A stretch of 64,000 bases of DNA from an uncultured Gammaproteobacteria bacterium (GCA_964427735.1 CAYRUS010000001.1:356747-420746); one strand, 5' to 3'. Counted from the stretch's first letter, positions 1 to 10,657 are shown. Translations and numbers: made by a program. The notes: generated from the letters alone by a model not told the origin.

Positions 1-1
1 C

Positions 2-52
2 TCAGTTGGGCTAGTTATGGCATTTTCACTTATTAGTTTATTATTTGGTTAA
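2..52 (+). CDS. possible 3' end of a membrane protein gene starting before the window
   Basis: Open frame SVGLVMAFSLISLLFG then TAA at 50-52; hydrophobic but very short. Confidence 0.3.
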   Translation, partial: SVGLVMAFSLISLLFG

Positions 53-155
53 TTGTTTTTTACTTCAAATACAAAGAAAGACTGCTTTTGCTTAAAAAAA
101 CAATTAATCCTAACAATTTGAAATATAATAAAATATATGCTATTATTCCTATAAT

Positions 156-719
156 ATGAAGGATTTTTTTGGATTTCTTAGACACCCGTCTGAACCTAGA
201 CCGAGTACTAAACAAAGTTCTGAGGTCCGAAAAATTTGGCCTAAAGAGTACCAACCTATATTAGACTCTCCTGAAATAACCGAACAACAAAAGGCCTTAC
301 TTCGGTTTATTATTTATTTAGCCGAAAAAGAAAGATCAAGCAATGAACCAAACCAAAAAGAATCAGTTAAAGTAATTTGGGATGGGGGGGAAAGCACAGA
401 TGAAATCTTAAATGACATAACAACCAAATTTGAATCTTCTGGAAGCTTTAGTTTTTATACACCAACAATAGCCGATTACACAGTCATACAATGGATTATT
501 ACTGATAAACTAACAGAAGAATATCGAGGATGCCCTGATCTTCGTATATCTACTGATAAAAGCAGTAATCACTTACTCCTAAGAGCAAATATGGGAAGTA
601 TAACAGAAATCTCAGGAGAGCTTGAAGACGCTTTTGGCAATGAAGAATTTCCAGTAGTAGTTAAAGACAGAAACAATATCTATCTAAACAATGCTGCTAA
701 TAAACTTCAATTATTTTGA
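156..719 (+). CDS. hypothetical protein (187 aa)
   Basis: ORF with protein-like composition; no motif recognised. Confidence 0.65.
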   Translation: MKDFFGFLRHPSEPRPSTKQSSEVRKIWPKEYQPILDSPEITEQQKALLRFIIYLAEKERSSNEPNQKESVKVIWDGGESTDEILNDITTKFESSGSFSFYTPTIADYTVIQWIITDKLTEEYRGCPDLRISTDKSSNHLLLRANMGSITEISGELEDAFGNEEFPVVVKDRNNIYLNNAANKLQLF

Positions 720-747
720 AATTAACTAAAGAGAAAGTACTTAAACT

Positions 748-2877
748 CTAATCATTTTCTTTTTCATCATTTCCTCTGCCTCCTCGACCAAAATCATCAT
801 TCCCATTGCCTTGACCTTGATTACCCTCATTTCCGTTGCCTTCTCCTTCATTTCCGTCCCTATTTTGTTCCCCATCTTGATCTTGACCTTCTGGATTCTC
901 TGGAGACGGGCTTATTTGTGGACAAGACTGATTAGACAGAGTACCTTCCAAAACTACTTCTTCATATCTATTAGCCGATACGGGCTGTCTCTGGTCATTA
1001 TAAGAAATCCTACACAAACTCACTTTTTCCACGGTTGAAGGCATATCAAACTCTATTTCCGAAATACTGTCAAGATAGTGTCCCATTAAATCTTTCCAAA
1101 GAGGAGCAGCTCCCAAAGAACCTGCGACTCTACTCATCGGAGTGTTATCACTGTTTCCTACCCAAACTCCTACAACCAGGTTTGGGGTATAACCAATAGT
1201 CAGTGCATCGCGATAATCTTGGGTTGTCCCGGTTTTAACAGCAGCATTTACATTTATATTTAGTAAATTTCCAAATACTTCTGCCCTTGCATTTTTATCT
1301 GATAAAATTGACGAAATCAAATAAGCAGCACCTTCACTGATTACCCTTGTATCAGTTTCTCTTTTTTTACTTATTACTTTTCCATATTTGTCGCGAATCT
1401 CGAGAATAACAATTGGGTCAGCCCTAACTCCTCCATTGGCAAAGACACTATAAGCACTTACCAATTCATCCAGTCTTATTCCAGCTGAACCTAGTACAAA
1501 AGACAAACCATATTCACTTGGTTCACCGATAGTACTAAAACCAAATTCTTTGGCAGAATTCGCTGCTTTAACTAAACCTAATTTATCCATGACCTCGACT
1601 GCAGGAACATTTAAGGAGTTTGCTAATGCACGCCTTACTGTTACTGATCCTCTAAACCTATTATCATAATTACGAGGTCTATAATTTCTTTGAAATTCTC
1701 TTGGCTCATCTCTTAATATTGTTGCCGGGGTTATTATTTTTTCGTCGATTGCTACAGAATAGATTATGGGTTTAAAAGAAGAACCAGATTGACGGGGTGA
1801 TGTAGCCATATTAACTTTACCGTATCTTTCATCATTCCAGTCATAACTCCCAACCATGACTAAAATCTCCCCTGTATCCGGATCAATAACTACCACAGCT
1901 GCATTTGAGGCATTTTGGCTCTTTAGTTCCTCTACTCTTCTTTTGGCTGCTTCTTGAGCATATTCTTGCCAATCTCTATTAAGAGTTGTTTTAACCTGCA
2001 TTCCCGATCTGACAACATACTCCTCACCATATTCCTGACTAAGAATATCCTTTATCATGAGTGCAAAGTGCGGTGCTATTTGGTTTAATCCATCATCTAT
2101 TGGATTTACCACCAACTTTTGAATAGCTGCATCTTCAGCAGCTTCTTTGGTAATGTAACCGGCAGTAACCATTTGACCAAGCACAAGCTTCTGTCTTTCT
2201 TTGGCAATATTAGGATCATTAGATAAAGGTGAATATACAGACGGAGCTGGTAAAAGTCCAATTAATAATGCAGACTCACCTAAAGTTAGATCTTTGGTGC
2301 TTTTACTAAAATAAGTTTGTGCTGCTCCTTCTATCCCTACAGCTCCCTCTCCAAAATAGGCAGAATTTAAGTACATCTCAAGAATTTCATTTTTGGTAAA
2401 TCTTTTTTCCAATTCATTTGCCAAAACTACTTCCTGATATTTTCTGATAAAACTTTTTTCTGGGCTCAGTAGTTGATTTTTGACTAATCCTTGAGAAATT
2501 GTAGACCCACCCTGCTTTATTTCTCCTGCGTTTAAATTAACCCAAAACGCCCGAATGATTCCCCTGGTGGAAAACCCTTCATGGTTATAAAACCCTCTGT
2601 CTTCCATTGCTATTAAAGCATTTATTGTATGTTCAGGAATATCTGAAAGCTCGACATCATCCCTTGTTTTTGCTTGACCAAAAACAAAAAAAGGCTCTCC
2701 CTCACGATCAAGTAAAATAAGTCCGCTCTCATTTCTATTCATTATTCTCTCTTTACTACCTAAATCCCGTGCAAAATATGCATAAGTTGTCATAGGGATA
2801 CCCAAAATCAAAAGAATTGCAGTCATAGAAAGAATAAATAGAACTACCCTTAATGGAATTCCTAGTTTCTTTATCAT
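748..2877 (-). CDS. class A penicillin-binding protein (PBP1A family, transglycosylase-transpeptidase)
   Basis: N-terminal TM; GT51 motifs EDRGFYNHEG, GGSTISQ, RKYQE; transpeptidase SSFK, SLN, KTGT; low-complexity G/N/E tail. Confidence 0.95.
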   Translation of the reverse strand: MIKKLGIPLRVVLFILSMTAILLILGIPMTTYAYFARDLGSKERIMNRNESGLILLDREGEPFFVFGQAKTRDDVELSDIPEHTINALIAMEDRGFYNHEGFSTRGIIRAFWVNLNAGEIKQGGSTISQGLVKNQLLSPEKSFIRKYQEVVLANELEKRFTKNEILEMYLNSAYFGEGAVGIEGAAQTYFSKSTKDLTLGESALLIGLLPAPSVYSPLSNDPNIAKERQKLVLGQMVTAGYITKEAAEDAAIQKLVVNPIDDGLNQIAPHFALMIKDILSQEYGEEYVVRSGMQVKTTLNRDWQEYAQEAAKRRVEELKSQNASNAAVVVIDPDTGEILVMVGSYDWNDERYGKVNMATSPRQSGSSFKPIIYSVAIDEKIITPATILRDEPREFQRNYRPRNYDNRFRGSVTVRRALANSLNVPAVEVMDKLGLVKAANSAKEFGFSTIGEPSEYGLSFVLGSAGIRLDELVSAYSVFANGGVRADPIVILEIRDKYGKVISKKRETDTRVISEGAAYLISSILSDKNARAEVFGNLLNINVNAAVKTGTTQDYRDALTIGYTPNLVVGVWVGNSDNTPMSRVAGSLGAAPLWKDLMGHYLDSISEIEFDMPSTVEKVSLCRISYNDQRQPVSANRYEEVVLEGTLSNQSCPQISPSPENPEGQDQDGEQNRDGNEGEGNGNEGNQGQGNGNDDFGRGGRGNDEKEND

Positions 2878-2975
2878 TTCACCAGCACTATAAGCATTTG
2901 GATGTAAAAATCGGATGAAAGTTAAGTAAGCATTTAACTTATATAGTATTTATCTGTTTGATTTATTGAAGAAAA

Positions 2976-3263
2976 CTAATAACGCTTGCGTCCTCTCCAT
3001 CGTCTTTTGGCTTTTGTCCCTTCCTTTAATTTTCCATCTGGTTGACCACTAATATGTGTAGACGGTCTCCCCTTCCTATGTGCTATCTGTCTAAAAATGT
3101 CTTGCATACTAATTCCAGGATCTTTGTTTAGTCTTGATCGGATTGCCTCTACTGCTGCTGCCTCTGGATCTTCAGGATGTGTAGCAAAAAAAAACCTTTT
3201 TAAATGTTTGGCTAATGTATCTATCTCACTTCCTTCTTTACCAGATTTAAACATTTCAGTCAT
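2976..3263 (-). CDS. hypothetical protein with basic C-terminal tail
   Basis: 95-aa ORF ending KAKRRWRGRKRY; TATAGAAT just upstream of ATG. Confidence 0.55.
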   Translation of the reverse strand: MTEMFKSGKEGSEIDTLAKHLKRFFFATHPEDPEAAAVEAIRSRLNKDPGISMQDIFRQIAHRKGRPSTHISGQPDGKLKEGTKAKRRWRGRKRY

Positions 3264-3327
3264 ATTAATATTCTATAGTATTAAGTTAATGATTTGGAGA
3301 ACTTATTCTCTCTAATATTTCTCCAGA

Positions 3328-5151
3328 TTAGTTTTGAGATCTGTTTTTATGCTGCCTTCTTTCCACTTCTGTGAGATATTTTTTACGTAGTCTAAGGTTT
3401 AAAGGCGTTATTTCCAAAAGCTCGTCTTTCTCCAAAAAGTCTAACGACTGCTCCAAACTAAGTACTGTTGCCGGAGTGAGTTTTACTGTAGCATCAGCTG
3501 CGGCTGCACGCATATTAGTTAGTTTTTTGCCTTTACAGACGTTTATGCTTATGTCTTCATCTCGGGAATTTTGCCCTATTATCATACCTTCATATACAGG
3601 AGTCCCAGGGCCAACAAAAGTAATACCTCTTCCTTGAGCATTAGCAAGACCATAAGCGAGAGCTTCTCCACTAGTAGCAGAAATTAATGCTCCCTTTCTT
3701 AATTTTGGTAAAACCTTACCCAGTTTTTGATATCCAATCATTTGTGAACTCATGATAACAGTCCCCTTAGTCTTTGTGAGCAAAAGATTCCTAAGACCAA
3801 TAAGAGCTCGTGTAGGAATATGGTAAATAAATTCTGTTTCTGTATCATTTATATTTTCCATTTTTATTAACTCTCCGGTTCTTTTACCTAACTCTTGATT
3901 GATGGTTCCAACAAAATCATTGTGTACAATAATGTCTACCTCTTCCAGAGGTTCTTGATCAACTCCGTCTATTACTTTTGTAATCACTTCTGGTTTACCT
4001 ACTTCCATTTCAAATCCTTCACGTCTTAAAGTTTCTAATAAAATAGCCAAATGTAATTCTCCTCTTCCAGATAACTTGAATTTCCCATTATTTAAAACTT
4101 CTACTCTAAGGCTCAAGTTACTCTCCAATTCCTCTTCTAGCCTTTTTTGTATTTGTCTTGAAGTCGTGTACTTTCCTTCTCTACCTGAAAATGGTGAAGT
4201 ATTTGGACCTAGTGTCATATGAAGCGTAGGATCACTAATTTCTAAAGCTGGCAATGCTTCAAAGTCTTTTGGATCTGTTACTGTTAAACCAATTTGGGCA
4301 TCTTCTATTCCTGCAATTGCAATTATATCTCCTGCTTCAGCTTCTTCTATCTCTATCCGATCCAAACCACTAGCTGTCATTAATTTTTCTATAGTCCAGT
4401 ACTTTTGGGGTGAATTAGCTAAAACTACTTTTTGTCCTTTGGAAACTATACCTTGATGTATTCTTCCTATGGCAATTCTTCCTGTATGTGAATCATAAGC
4501 AAGTGAAGAAATAAGCATTTTAAACGGCTCATTGTTGTCAGCTTCTGGAGCAGGTACTCTACTTAAAATAGTATCCAGTAAAGGATACACATCACCTTCT
4601 TGATCAATACTATCAGGCATTTCATTGAAAACAACACCTTTTCTCCCTATTGCAAATAAAATTGGGAACTCTAAATCTGATTCATCAGAAGCTAATTCCA
4701 GAAATAATTCCTCAACTTTTGCAATAACTTCTTGTACTCTTGCTTGCTTTTTATCTATTTTGTTTATAAGAACAATAACTTTAAGTTTAAGATCCAAAGC
4801 TTTCCTTAAAACAAATCTTGTTTGAGGCATTGGTCCTTCTTGGGCATCTACAATTAAAAGAGCTCCATCAGCCATACTAAGAGTTCTTTCTACTTCACCA
4901 GAAAAATCAGCATGCCCTGGGGTATCGATAATATTTATCTTGACATCCTTATATGTTATTGCACAGTTTTTAGCTAAGATTGTAATACCCTTTTCTTTTT
5001 CCAAGTCATTACTATCCAGAATTCTTTCCATACTCATTTCCTCTTGATTGTCCCGGAAAACATGAGTTTGTTTGAGTAAAGCGTCTACCAACGTTGTCTT
5101 ACCATGATCAACGTGAGCAATCACTGCTATATTTCGTATATTTTTTTCCAT
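3328..5151 (-). CDS. typA: translational GTPase TypA/BipA
   Basis: IRNIAVIAHVDHGKTT, DTPGHADF, NKID, GRGELHL, C-terminal KGKKLTNMRA; start placed at MEKNIRN. Confidence 0.97.
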   Translation of the reverse strand: MEKNIRNIAVIAHVDHGKTTLVDALLKQTHVFRDNQEEMSMERILDSNDLEKEKGITILAKNCAITYKDVKINIIDTPGHADFSGEVERTLSMADGALLIVDAQEGPMPQTRFVLRKALDLKLKVIVLINKIDKKQARVQEVIAKVEELFLELASDESDLEFPILFAIGRKGVVFNEMPDSIDQEGDVYPLLDTILSRVPAPEADNNEPFKMLISSLAYDSHTGRIAIGRIHQGIVSKGQKVVLANSPQKYWTIEKLMTASGLDRIEIEEAEAGDIIAIAGIEDAQIGLTVTDPKDFEALPALEISDPTLHMTLGPNTSPFSGREGKYTTSRQIQKRLEEELESNLSLRVEVLNNGKFKLSGRGELHLAILLETLRREGFEMEVGKPEVITKVIDGVDQEPLEEVDIIVHNDFVGTINQELGKRTGELIKMENINDTETEFIYHIPTRALIGLRNLLLTKTKGTVIMSSQMIGYQKLGKVLPKLRKGALISATSGEALAYGLANAQGRGITFVGPGTPVYEGMIIGQNSRDEDISINVCKGKKLTNMRAAAADATVKLTPATVLSLEQSLDFLEKDELLEITPLNLRLRKKYLTEVERRQHKNRSQN

Positions 5152-5164
5152 TTTTTTGCACAAA

Positions 5165-5186
5165 AAAAACCTGTCGCCAGGTTTTT
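5165..5186 (-). promoter_or_regulatory. terminator-like hairpin in typA leader
   Basis: Minus strand AAAAACCTG-gcga-CAGGTTTTTTTT lies between a TATAAT (5214-5209) and the start codon. Confidence 0.4.
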
Positions 5187-5311
5187 AATAAATAAAAATC
5201 GACACATTATTATACCAAAAATAATGCCTAAAATGCATTATTAAAACAAAATAAGCACTATTAAACAAATTTCAGAGGTAATATAATTATTGGAATCTTG
5301 AAATATTAAAG

Positions 5312-6391
5312 ATGAAACAGTCAAAATACAACAAAATCTTGTTTGCCGGATTAATAGTAATTTTTATTGGAACAGTTGTTTATTCTAACCACTCAACTGA
5401 AAATACTGTAACACCTATTAATTATAATTTGATAAACGAAGGAGGTCTTAGTGAACCAGAATTTCATCCTTTATCCATAGAATCATTAAGACAAGGAGAA
5501 TATCCTGGTAGCGAGATAGTTTTTGAACAAAAACTCGAACCTGGATCTAACTACCAAAGATATATAGCTTCCTATAAATCAGAAGGTTTAAAAATTTATG
5601 GACTTTTAACAATTCCTAATGGCTCTACACCAGAAGGCGGGTGGCCTGCAATTATTTTTAATCATGGCTATATACCACCAGCTCAATACAAAACAACAGA
5701 AAGATATCTTGCTTATACTGACGCCTTCTCAAGAAACGGATATGTATTATTTAAACCAGACTATCGAGGACATGGAAATTCAGAAGGTGCAGCATCCGGA
5801 GGATATGGATCAAACGGATATACCATTGATGCCATGAATGCTTTAGCTTCTATAAAAACTCTTAAAGACGAAAACCAGTCACAAATTGTTAACCAAGAAA
5901 ATATCGGTATGTGGGGTCACTCCATGGGAGGGCATATCACACTTGAAAGCATGGTTGTTAATAAAGAGATAAAAGCTGGAGTAATTTGGGCAGGGGTTGT
6001 TGGGTCATATGAAGATTTATTTAACCGATGGAGAAGAAGGGGTACATTAAACACTCCTTCCTCTACATCTCAACCTTCGACAAGAGGTGGTAGATGGAGA
6101 CAAGAGCTCTCTGAATCATATGGGACACCAGAAAAAAATCCAGAATTCTGGAATAGTTTATCCGCAACAAGTTTTCTAAATGATTTATCAGGTCCAATTC
6201 AAATTCATCATGGGACAAACGACACTTCAGTTCCAGTAGAATTTTCTGTTAATTTAGATGAAAAAATAAAGGCAACCAATAAAGTCAGTGAACTGTTTAT
6301 TTATAATGGAGATGACCATAACCTTTCACAAAATTTTAGTATTGCTATCAACCGCTCAGTTGAATTCTTTGATAAATATCTAAAAAATTGA
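5312..6391 (+). CDS. exported alpha/beta hydrolase (S9 peptidase-like)
   Basis: N-terminal TM; NHGY, PDYRGHG, GHSMGG nucleophile elbow, HGTND, GDDH. Confidence 0.85.
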   Translation: MKQSKYNKILFAGLIVIFIGTVVYSNHSTENTVTPINYNLINEGGLSEPEFHPLSIESLRQGEYPGSEIVFEQKLEPGSNYQRYIASYKSEGLKIYGLLTIPNGSTPEGGWPAIIFNHGYIPPAQYKTTERYLAYTDAFSRNGYVLFKPDYRGHGNSEGAASGGYGSNGYTIDAMNALASIKTLKDENQSQIVNQENIGMWGHSMGGHITLESMVVNKEIKAGVIWAGVVGSYEDLFNRWRRRGTLNTPSSTSQPSTRGGRWRQELSESYGTPEKNPEFWNSLSATSFLNDLSGPIQIHHGTNDTSVPVEFSVNLDEKIKATNKVSELFIYNGDDHNLSQNFSIAINRSVEFFDKYLKN

Positions 6392-6404
6392 TTGATGCTC
6401 AAAA

Positions 6405-7007
6405 TTATTTGTCTTCAATATAATACCTTATTTCTTCATTTTCAGGGTCTAATAGATTGTAAAGAAACGTAATGTCTTCGTCCTTATGGCGGATGCAGCC
6501 TGAGCTACCGAGATCATTTTCTGATAGCCTATCTTCTTCTCCTGCTACACCATGCAAACCAAATGCCCCTGGAAGTACCCAGTTACACTGACCGTTGCAC
6601 TCGAGGTAAGGCTCAGGACCATATGGTTCATTTTCAGAAACAGGAATGTCCAAAATCAAAAAGTACGGTGCAGTCTCGTCGCTATCTTTTGTCTCTACCT
6701 TTTGTGTAATTATCCAATATTCTCTTCCCATTAATTGAGGCAAAGGGGTTGGCCTCTCGCCAGGAATTCCGGTTTTCACTTTAAATGTTTTTATTAACTT
6801 GCTGTTATTTTTATCTCCTGGAATACCTTGATACAAAAATTCTATATTTGACTTCCTATGAAGTAACATCCAATAATCTTGACTTTGGGTAGATAATCCT
6901 TCTATTAATTCGTTTCCTGGTGGTGTTTTTTTGATTAAAAAAATAACAAAAAATAAAGCACACAAAGAAAAAACTATAACAAATGATTTTATATAAAATG
7001 TTTTCAT
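6405..7007 (-). CDS. L,D-transpeptidase (YkuD) family protein
   Basis: N-terminal TM; FGLHG...SSGCIR catalytic motif. Confidence 0.8.
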   Translation of the reverse strand: MKTFYIKSFVIVFSLCALFFVIFLIKKTPPGNELIEGLSTQSQDYWMLLHRKSNIEFLYQGIPGDKNNSKLIKTFKVKTGIPGERPTPLPQLMGREYWIITQKVETKDSDETAPYFLILDIPVSENEPYGPEPYLECNGQCNWVLPGAFGLHGVAGEEDRLSENDLGSSGCIRHKDEDITFLYNLLDPENEEIRYYIEDK

Positions 7008-7044
7008 TTTGTGAAAATTGCCTTAAAACTGGTAAAATACGCTA

Positions 7045-8133
7045 ATGTATAAAAAAATTTTTCTATTTTTACTATTTATAGGAATTGGTTTTTGGCTTAT
7101 TGTTTTTTATTTTAACAATCAAGTTAAAACAGACATGTCTAAAAATGGTGATACTTATGTTACAACACCAATTCCCACAACAACTATCAATAGTTTGCAA
7201 AATCCACCACAGCAAAGAATTTTAGCTAATGACTACCATGTTTTTCAAACTTTCAATAACTGCGGACCGGCTGCCCTATCTATGGCACTTTCGTATTATG
7301 GCATAAATGAGTCGCAACAAAAGCTAGGGCAAGAACTTCGACCATACCAAAACCCTGTAGGTGATAACGACGATAAATCAGTCACTCTAGAGGAGCTTGC
7401 AGAAAAATCAAAAGAATATGGGCTTATTCCTTTTCATAGACCAAATGGCAATACTCAAATGATCAAACAGTTTATAAATTATGACATTCCTATAATAACT
7501 AGAACTTGGTTATACGAAAACGAAGACATTGGTCATTACAGAGTTATTAAAGGATTTGACGATACAACTAGTGAGATTATACAAGACGACTCTTTACAGG
7601 GGAAAAACTTGCGTTACTCTTATCAAGAATTCAATGCAATTTGGAAAAAGTTTAATTATGAATTTTTGGTGCTTGTACCTGAAAACAAAGTAAATATTGC
7701 CAAGCAAATTTTAGGACAAAACTCAGATGAAATAGCATCGTGGAATCTAGCAGCTGAAAATGCATCTAATGAACTGGAGATAAATCCAAATGATATTTAT
7801 TCTCGTTTTAATCTCTCTATTGCTTTATCAAAAGTAGGAAAACACCAAAAAGCAGTCGAAGAGTTTGAAAAAGTAGAAAACAAGCTTCCTTTTAGAACCT
7901 TATGGTATCAAATAGAACCTATTGAATCCTATTATGAGCTTGGTAATTACGATAAAGTTTTTGCCATAACAGATAATATTTTAAATAATCATAACCGTGC
8001 ATTTTCAGAACTTTACCTAATTAGAGGAAATATATACCTTAATGAGGGAAATCAAGAACTAGCAGAAGAGGAATTTGAAAAAGCAGTTTTGTATAACAAT
8101 ACTTTCAGAGATAAAATACCTCACATCAATTAA
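7045..8133 (+). CDS. C39-like cysteine peptidase with C-terminal TPR repeats
   Basis: QTFNNCGPAALSMALSY, GHYRVIKGFD, TPR-like helices; N-terminal TM. Confidence 0.8.
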   Translation: MYKKIFLFLLFIGIGFWLIVFYFNNQVKTDMSKNGDTYVTTPIPTTTINSLQNPPQQRILANDYHVFQTFNNCGPAALSMALSYYGINESQQKLGQELRPYQNPVGDNDDKSVTLEELAEKSKEYGLIPFHRPNGNTQMIKQFINYDIPIITRTWLYENEDIGHYRVIKGFDDTTSEIIQDDSLQGKNLRYSYQEFNAIWKKFNYEFLVLVPENKVNIAKQILGQNSDEIASWNLAAENASNELEINPNDIYSRFNLSIALSKVGKHQKAVEEFEKVENKLPFRTLWYQIEPIESYYELGNYDKVFAITDNILNNHNRAFSELYLIRGNIYLNEGNQELAEEEFEKAVLYNNTFRDKIPHIN

Positions 8134-9262
8134 AGATTTTAGGATTAATTTTAATTAGCTTGTCATCCCCTTGGTTTTTCCTTCCTCTACCATCAGTGTT
8201 ACTTGTTGTTATATATAAAAATCCATCGGGACCAAGTCTTACACCTCTGAGTCTCCCGTATTCTCCATCAAAATGCTTTGTCAGGTTTTCCACGTTACTA
8301 CCGTTTAACTTAGCTTGATACAAAGCACTACCCCTTAAACCTACAAAAAATATACTACCATCAACAAAAGCTGCTCCCGAAGGAGCCCATGTTTCATTTG
8401 GACCGGAATGAATTATTGGCTTGACCATTTCAGGATTTTCTTCATCACCTTGTATTTCTGGCCAACCGTAATTTTTCCCTTTTTCAACCAAATTTAACTC
8501 ATCAAATCCTGATCTAACACCACTTCTACCGTGCTCTGTTGCCCATAATCGTCCTTCTGCATCCCAAGCAAGTCCTTGTACGTTTCTATGACCATATGAA
8601 TAAACCTCATTGCCAAAAGGGTTATCTTCTGGAATGGATCCATCATCCTTTACTCGCAATATTTTGCCATTTAGTGAATCTCTATCTTGAGAAAGTCTTT
8701 CTTGACCAGCATCTCCTGTCCCAATATAAAGATAGCCATCAGAACCAATGTGAATTCTGCCCCCATCGTGTACAGATGAACCTAAAATCCCATCAACTAT
8801 TACATCTCTGTTTGTTAAAGAGTTACCGTCTAACTGATACCTTTCTACTCTGTTTACAATCTTTCCATTTTCTTCACTAGTTAAATATAAGTAAATTAAG
8901 TGATTTTCTTCATAATTCGGATGTAAAGCCATTCCCATCAATCCGCCCTCCCCTATGTGTCTTACACCAGAAACCTCTATTACTGACTTATCTTGTATTT
9001 TTAATAATCTTCCTGGTCTTTCTGTGACCAATATTTCTCCACTTGGCAAAAATTCAACTTCCCATGGGATTTCTAAATTTTCTGCTATTACTTCTATATC
9101 CAATATTTCTTCACTTTCTGGAGTTATTTGAACACCATTGTCCGGAGTATAAACGTTTGATGAAGTACTTGATGAAGATGGGTCTGAAATGTTTCGATAA
9201 TAATAAAATCCACCAGCACCAAGTAGTATAAATACTAGAAATATGATTAAATATTTTTTCAT
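8126..9262 (-). CDS. PQQ-dependent sugar dehydrogenase (GSDH family)
   Basis: LEIPW, GEGGLMG, HDGGRI, GHRNVQG, NYGWP, GRLR motifs. Confidence 0.9.
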   Translation of the reverse strand: MKKYLIIFLVFILLGAGGFYYYRNISDPSSSSTSSNVYTPDNGVQITPESEEILDIEVIAENLEIPWEVEFLPSGEILVTERPGRLLKIQDKSVIEVSGVRHIGEGGLMGMALHPNYEENHLIYLYLTSEENGKIVNRVERYQLDGNSLTNRDVIVDGILGSSVHDGGRIHIGSDGYLYIGTGDAGQERLSQDRDSLNGKILRVKDDGSIPEDNPFGNEVYSYGHRNVQGLAWDAEGRLWATEHGRSGVRSGFDELNLVEKGKNYGWPEIQGDEENPEMVKPIIHSGPNETWAPSGAAFVDGSIFFVGLRGSALYQAKLNGSNVENLTKHFDGEYGRLRGVRLGPDGFLYITTSNTDGRGRKNQGDDKLIKINPKIFN

Positions 9263-9365
9263 AAAACCTTACTAGTACTAATTATATACTACTTTTGGTT
9301 ACTGGTAACATGATACAAAACAATTATCAATTGCTCATAATCATGGGAAAAGTATAAATTCAGCT

Positions 9366-9665
9366 TTAACGCCTATTATCTCTTCTATTGAAGTTACGCC
9401 TTGTATCTCCTCTATCTTCTTTTGGTCTTGCTTCATTAACATTAATGGTTCTGCCACCAAAATCTTTACCATTGAGTGTATCAATAGCTTTTTGTGCTTC
9501 TTCATCATTTTCCATTTCCACAAATCCAAAACCTTTACTTCTACCTGAATCTCTATCTGTGATAATAACACAAGAAATAACTGTTCCTATTTCAGAAAAT
9601 AATTCTTGGAGTTCTGCTTCAGTTGAACTGTATGGGAGTCCTCCTACAAATAATCTTTTAGCCAC
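9366..9665 (-). CDS. RRM (RNP) RNA-binding protein
   Basis: RNP2 LFVGGL, RNP1 KGFGFVEM; GTG start with SD GAGGCGGTGA. Confidence 0.95.
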   Translation of the reverse strand: MAKRLFVGGLPYSSTEAELQELFSEIGTVISCVIITDRDSGRSKGFGFVEMENDEEAQKAIDTLNGKDFGGRTINVNEARPKEDRGDTRRNFNRRDNRR

Positions 9666-9921
9666 TAATTCTCACCGCCTCTCATTATTTTTGTCTTTGC
9701 TTTAACAAAGACTTATAACAAACTAATTTCTTTGCCGCATCTAATGGGAAAAAACTCAAGAAGGTTTTTGTCTAATTAAATAAAACAGCTAGAAACTCTA
9801 CACTACCCGAAAGTAGTTTGCTTATTATATCACACTAGTAGCTTAATTCACATAATTTGTAGATTAACCAACATTTCTGGATGTTTTTTTGGAACGTAAA
9901 ATCGTCTAAGATATTAATTAT

Positions 9922-10278
9922 ATGTATAATATTTTTTTATACACCCATATTGTAGGAGCAGGAGTTTTAGCAATATTTATTTGTACTGCAGTATTTGAAA
10001 AAGTTATTCCTCATCAAAAACTTGCTTTCATCATTGCGTATTTAACAATGATCCAGCTAATGAGTGGTTCTATCCTTAGTATTATCACAAATACGTCTTT
10101 ACTTTCCTTTTGTAGCAGAATTGGAATATATATGTTTGTAGTAAGTATGGTGGAAATGTATTTATTTTATAAAACCCAAAAAAACAAATTGGAAAAATTT
10201 CCTACAGCTTATGTTTTATCGTCTATATCGGCGGGGATGCTAATTGTATTTGCAACATTAAGCTCATTTATTTTATAA
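9922..10278 (+). CDS. hypothetical membrane protein
   Basis: 118 aa with about four hydrophobic segments. Confidence 0.6.
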   Translation: MYNIFLYTHIVGAGVLAIFICTAVFEKVIPHQKLAFIIAYLTMIQLMSGSILSIITNTSLLSFCSRIGIYMFVVSMVEMYLFYKTQKNKLEKFPTAYVLSSISAGMLIVFATLSSFIL

Positions 10279-10411
10279 ATAAATTATCAAAAATCACATC
10301 TGTTGTCTTCTTACTAACTCCTTACTACCGCCTAATGTAAGTCATAAAGTAAAAACATACTCTAATATTGACAACAAATAGTTAGGTTGTCGATAAGGAG
10401 GTGAGAAGGGA

Positions 10412-10657
10412 ATGTCAATTTTACTCTGGATAATTTTAGGTGCACTTGCTGGGTGGATAGCATCCTTAATAGTAGGCACAGATGCACAACAGGGTGCGAT
10501 TATGAATATTGTTTTAGGTATACTTGGTGCATTGGTAGGAGGATTCTTAATGAATCTTCTAGGATTCAGTTCAATAACTGGATTTAATGTGTGGAGCTTA
10601 GTAGTTGCTACACTCGGTGCAGTAGTCTTGGTCTGGTTAAGGCAAGCAATTGCTTAA
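10412..10657 (+). CDS. GlsB/YeaQ/YmgE family (transglycosylase-associated) membrane protein
   Basis: WIILGALAGWIA...NIVLGILGALVGG pattern; strong SD AAGGAGGTGA. Confidence 0.9.
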   Translation: MSILLWIILGALAGWIASLIVGTDAQQGAIMNIVLGILGALVGGFLMNLLGFSSITGFNVWSLVVATLGAVVLVWLRQAIA

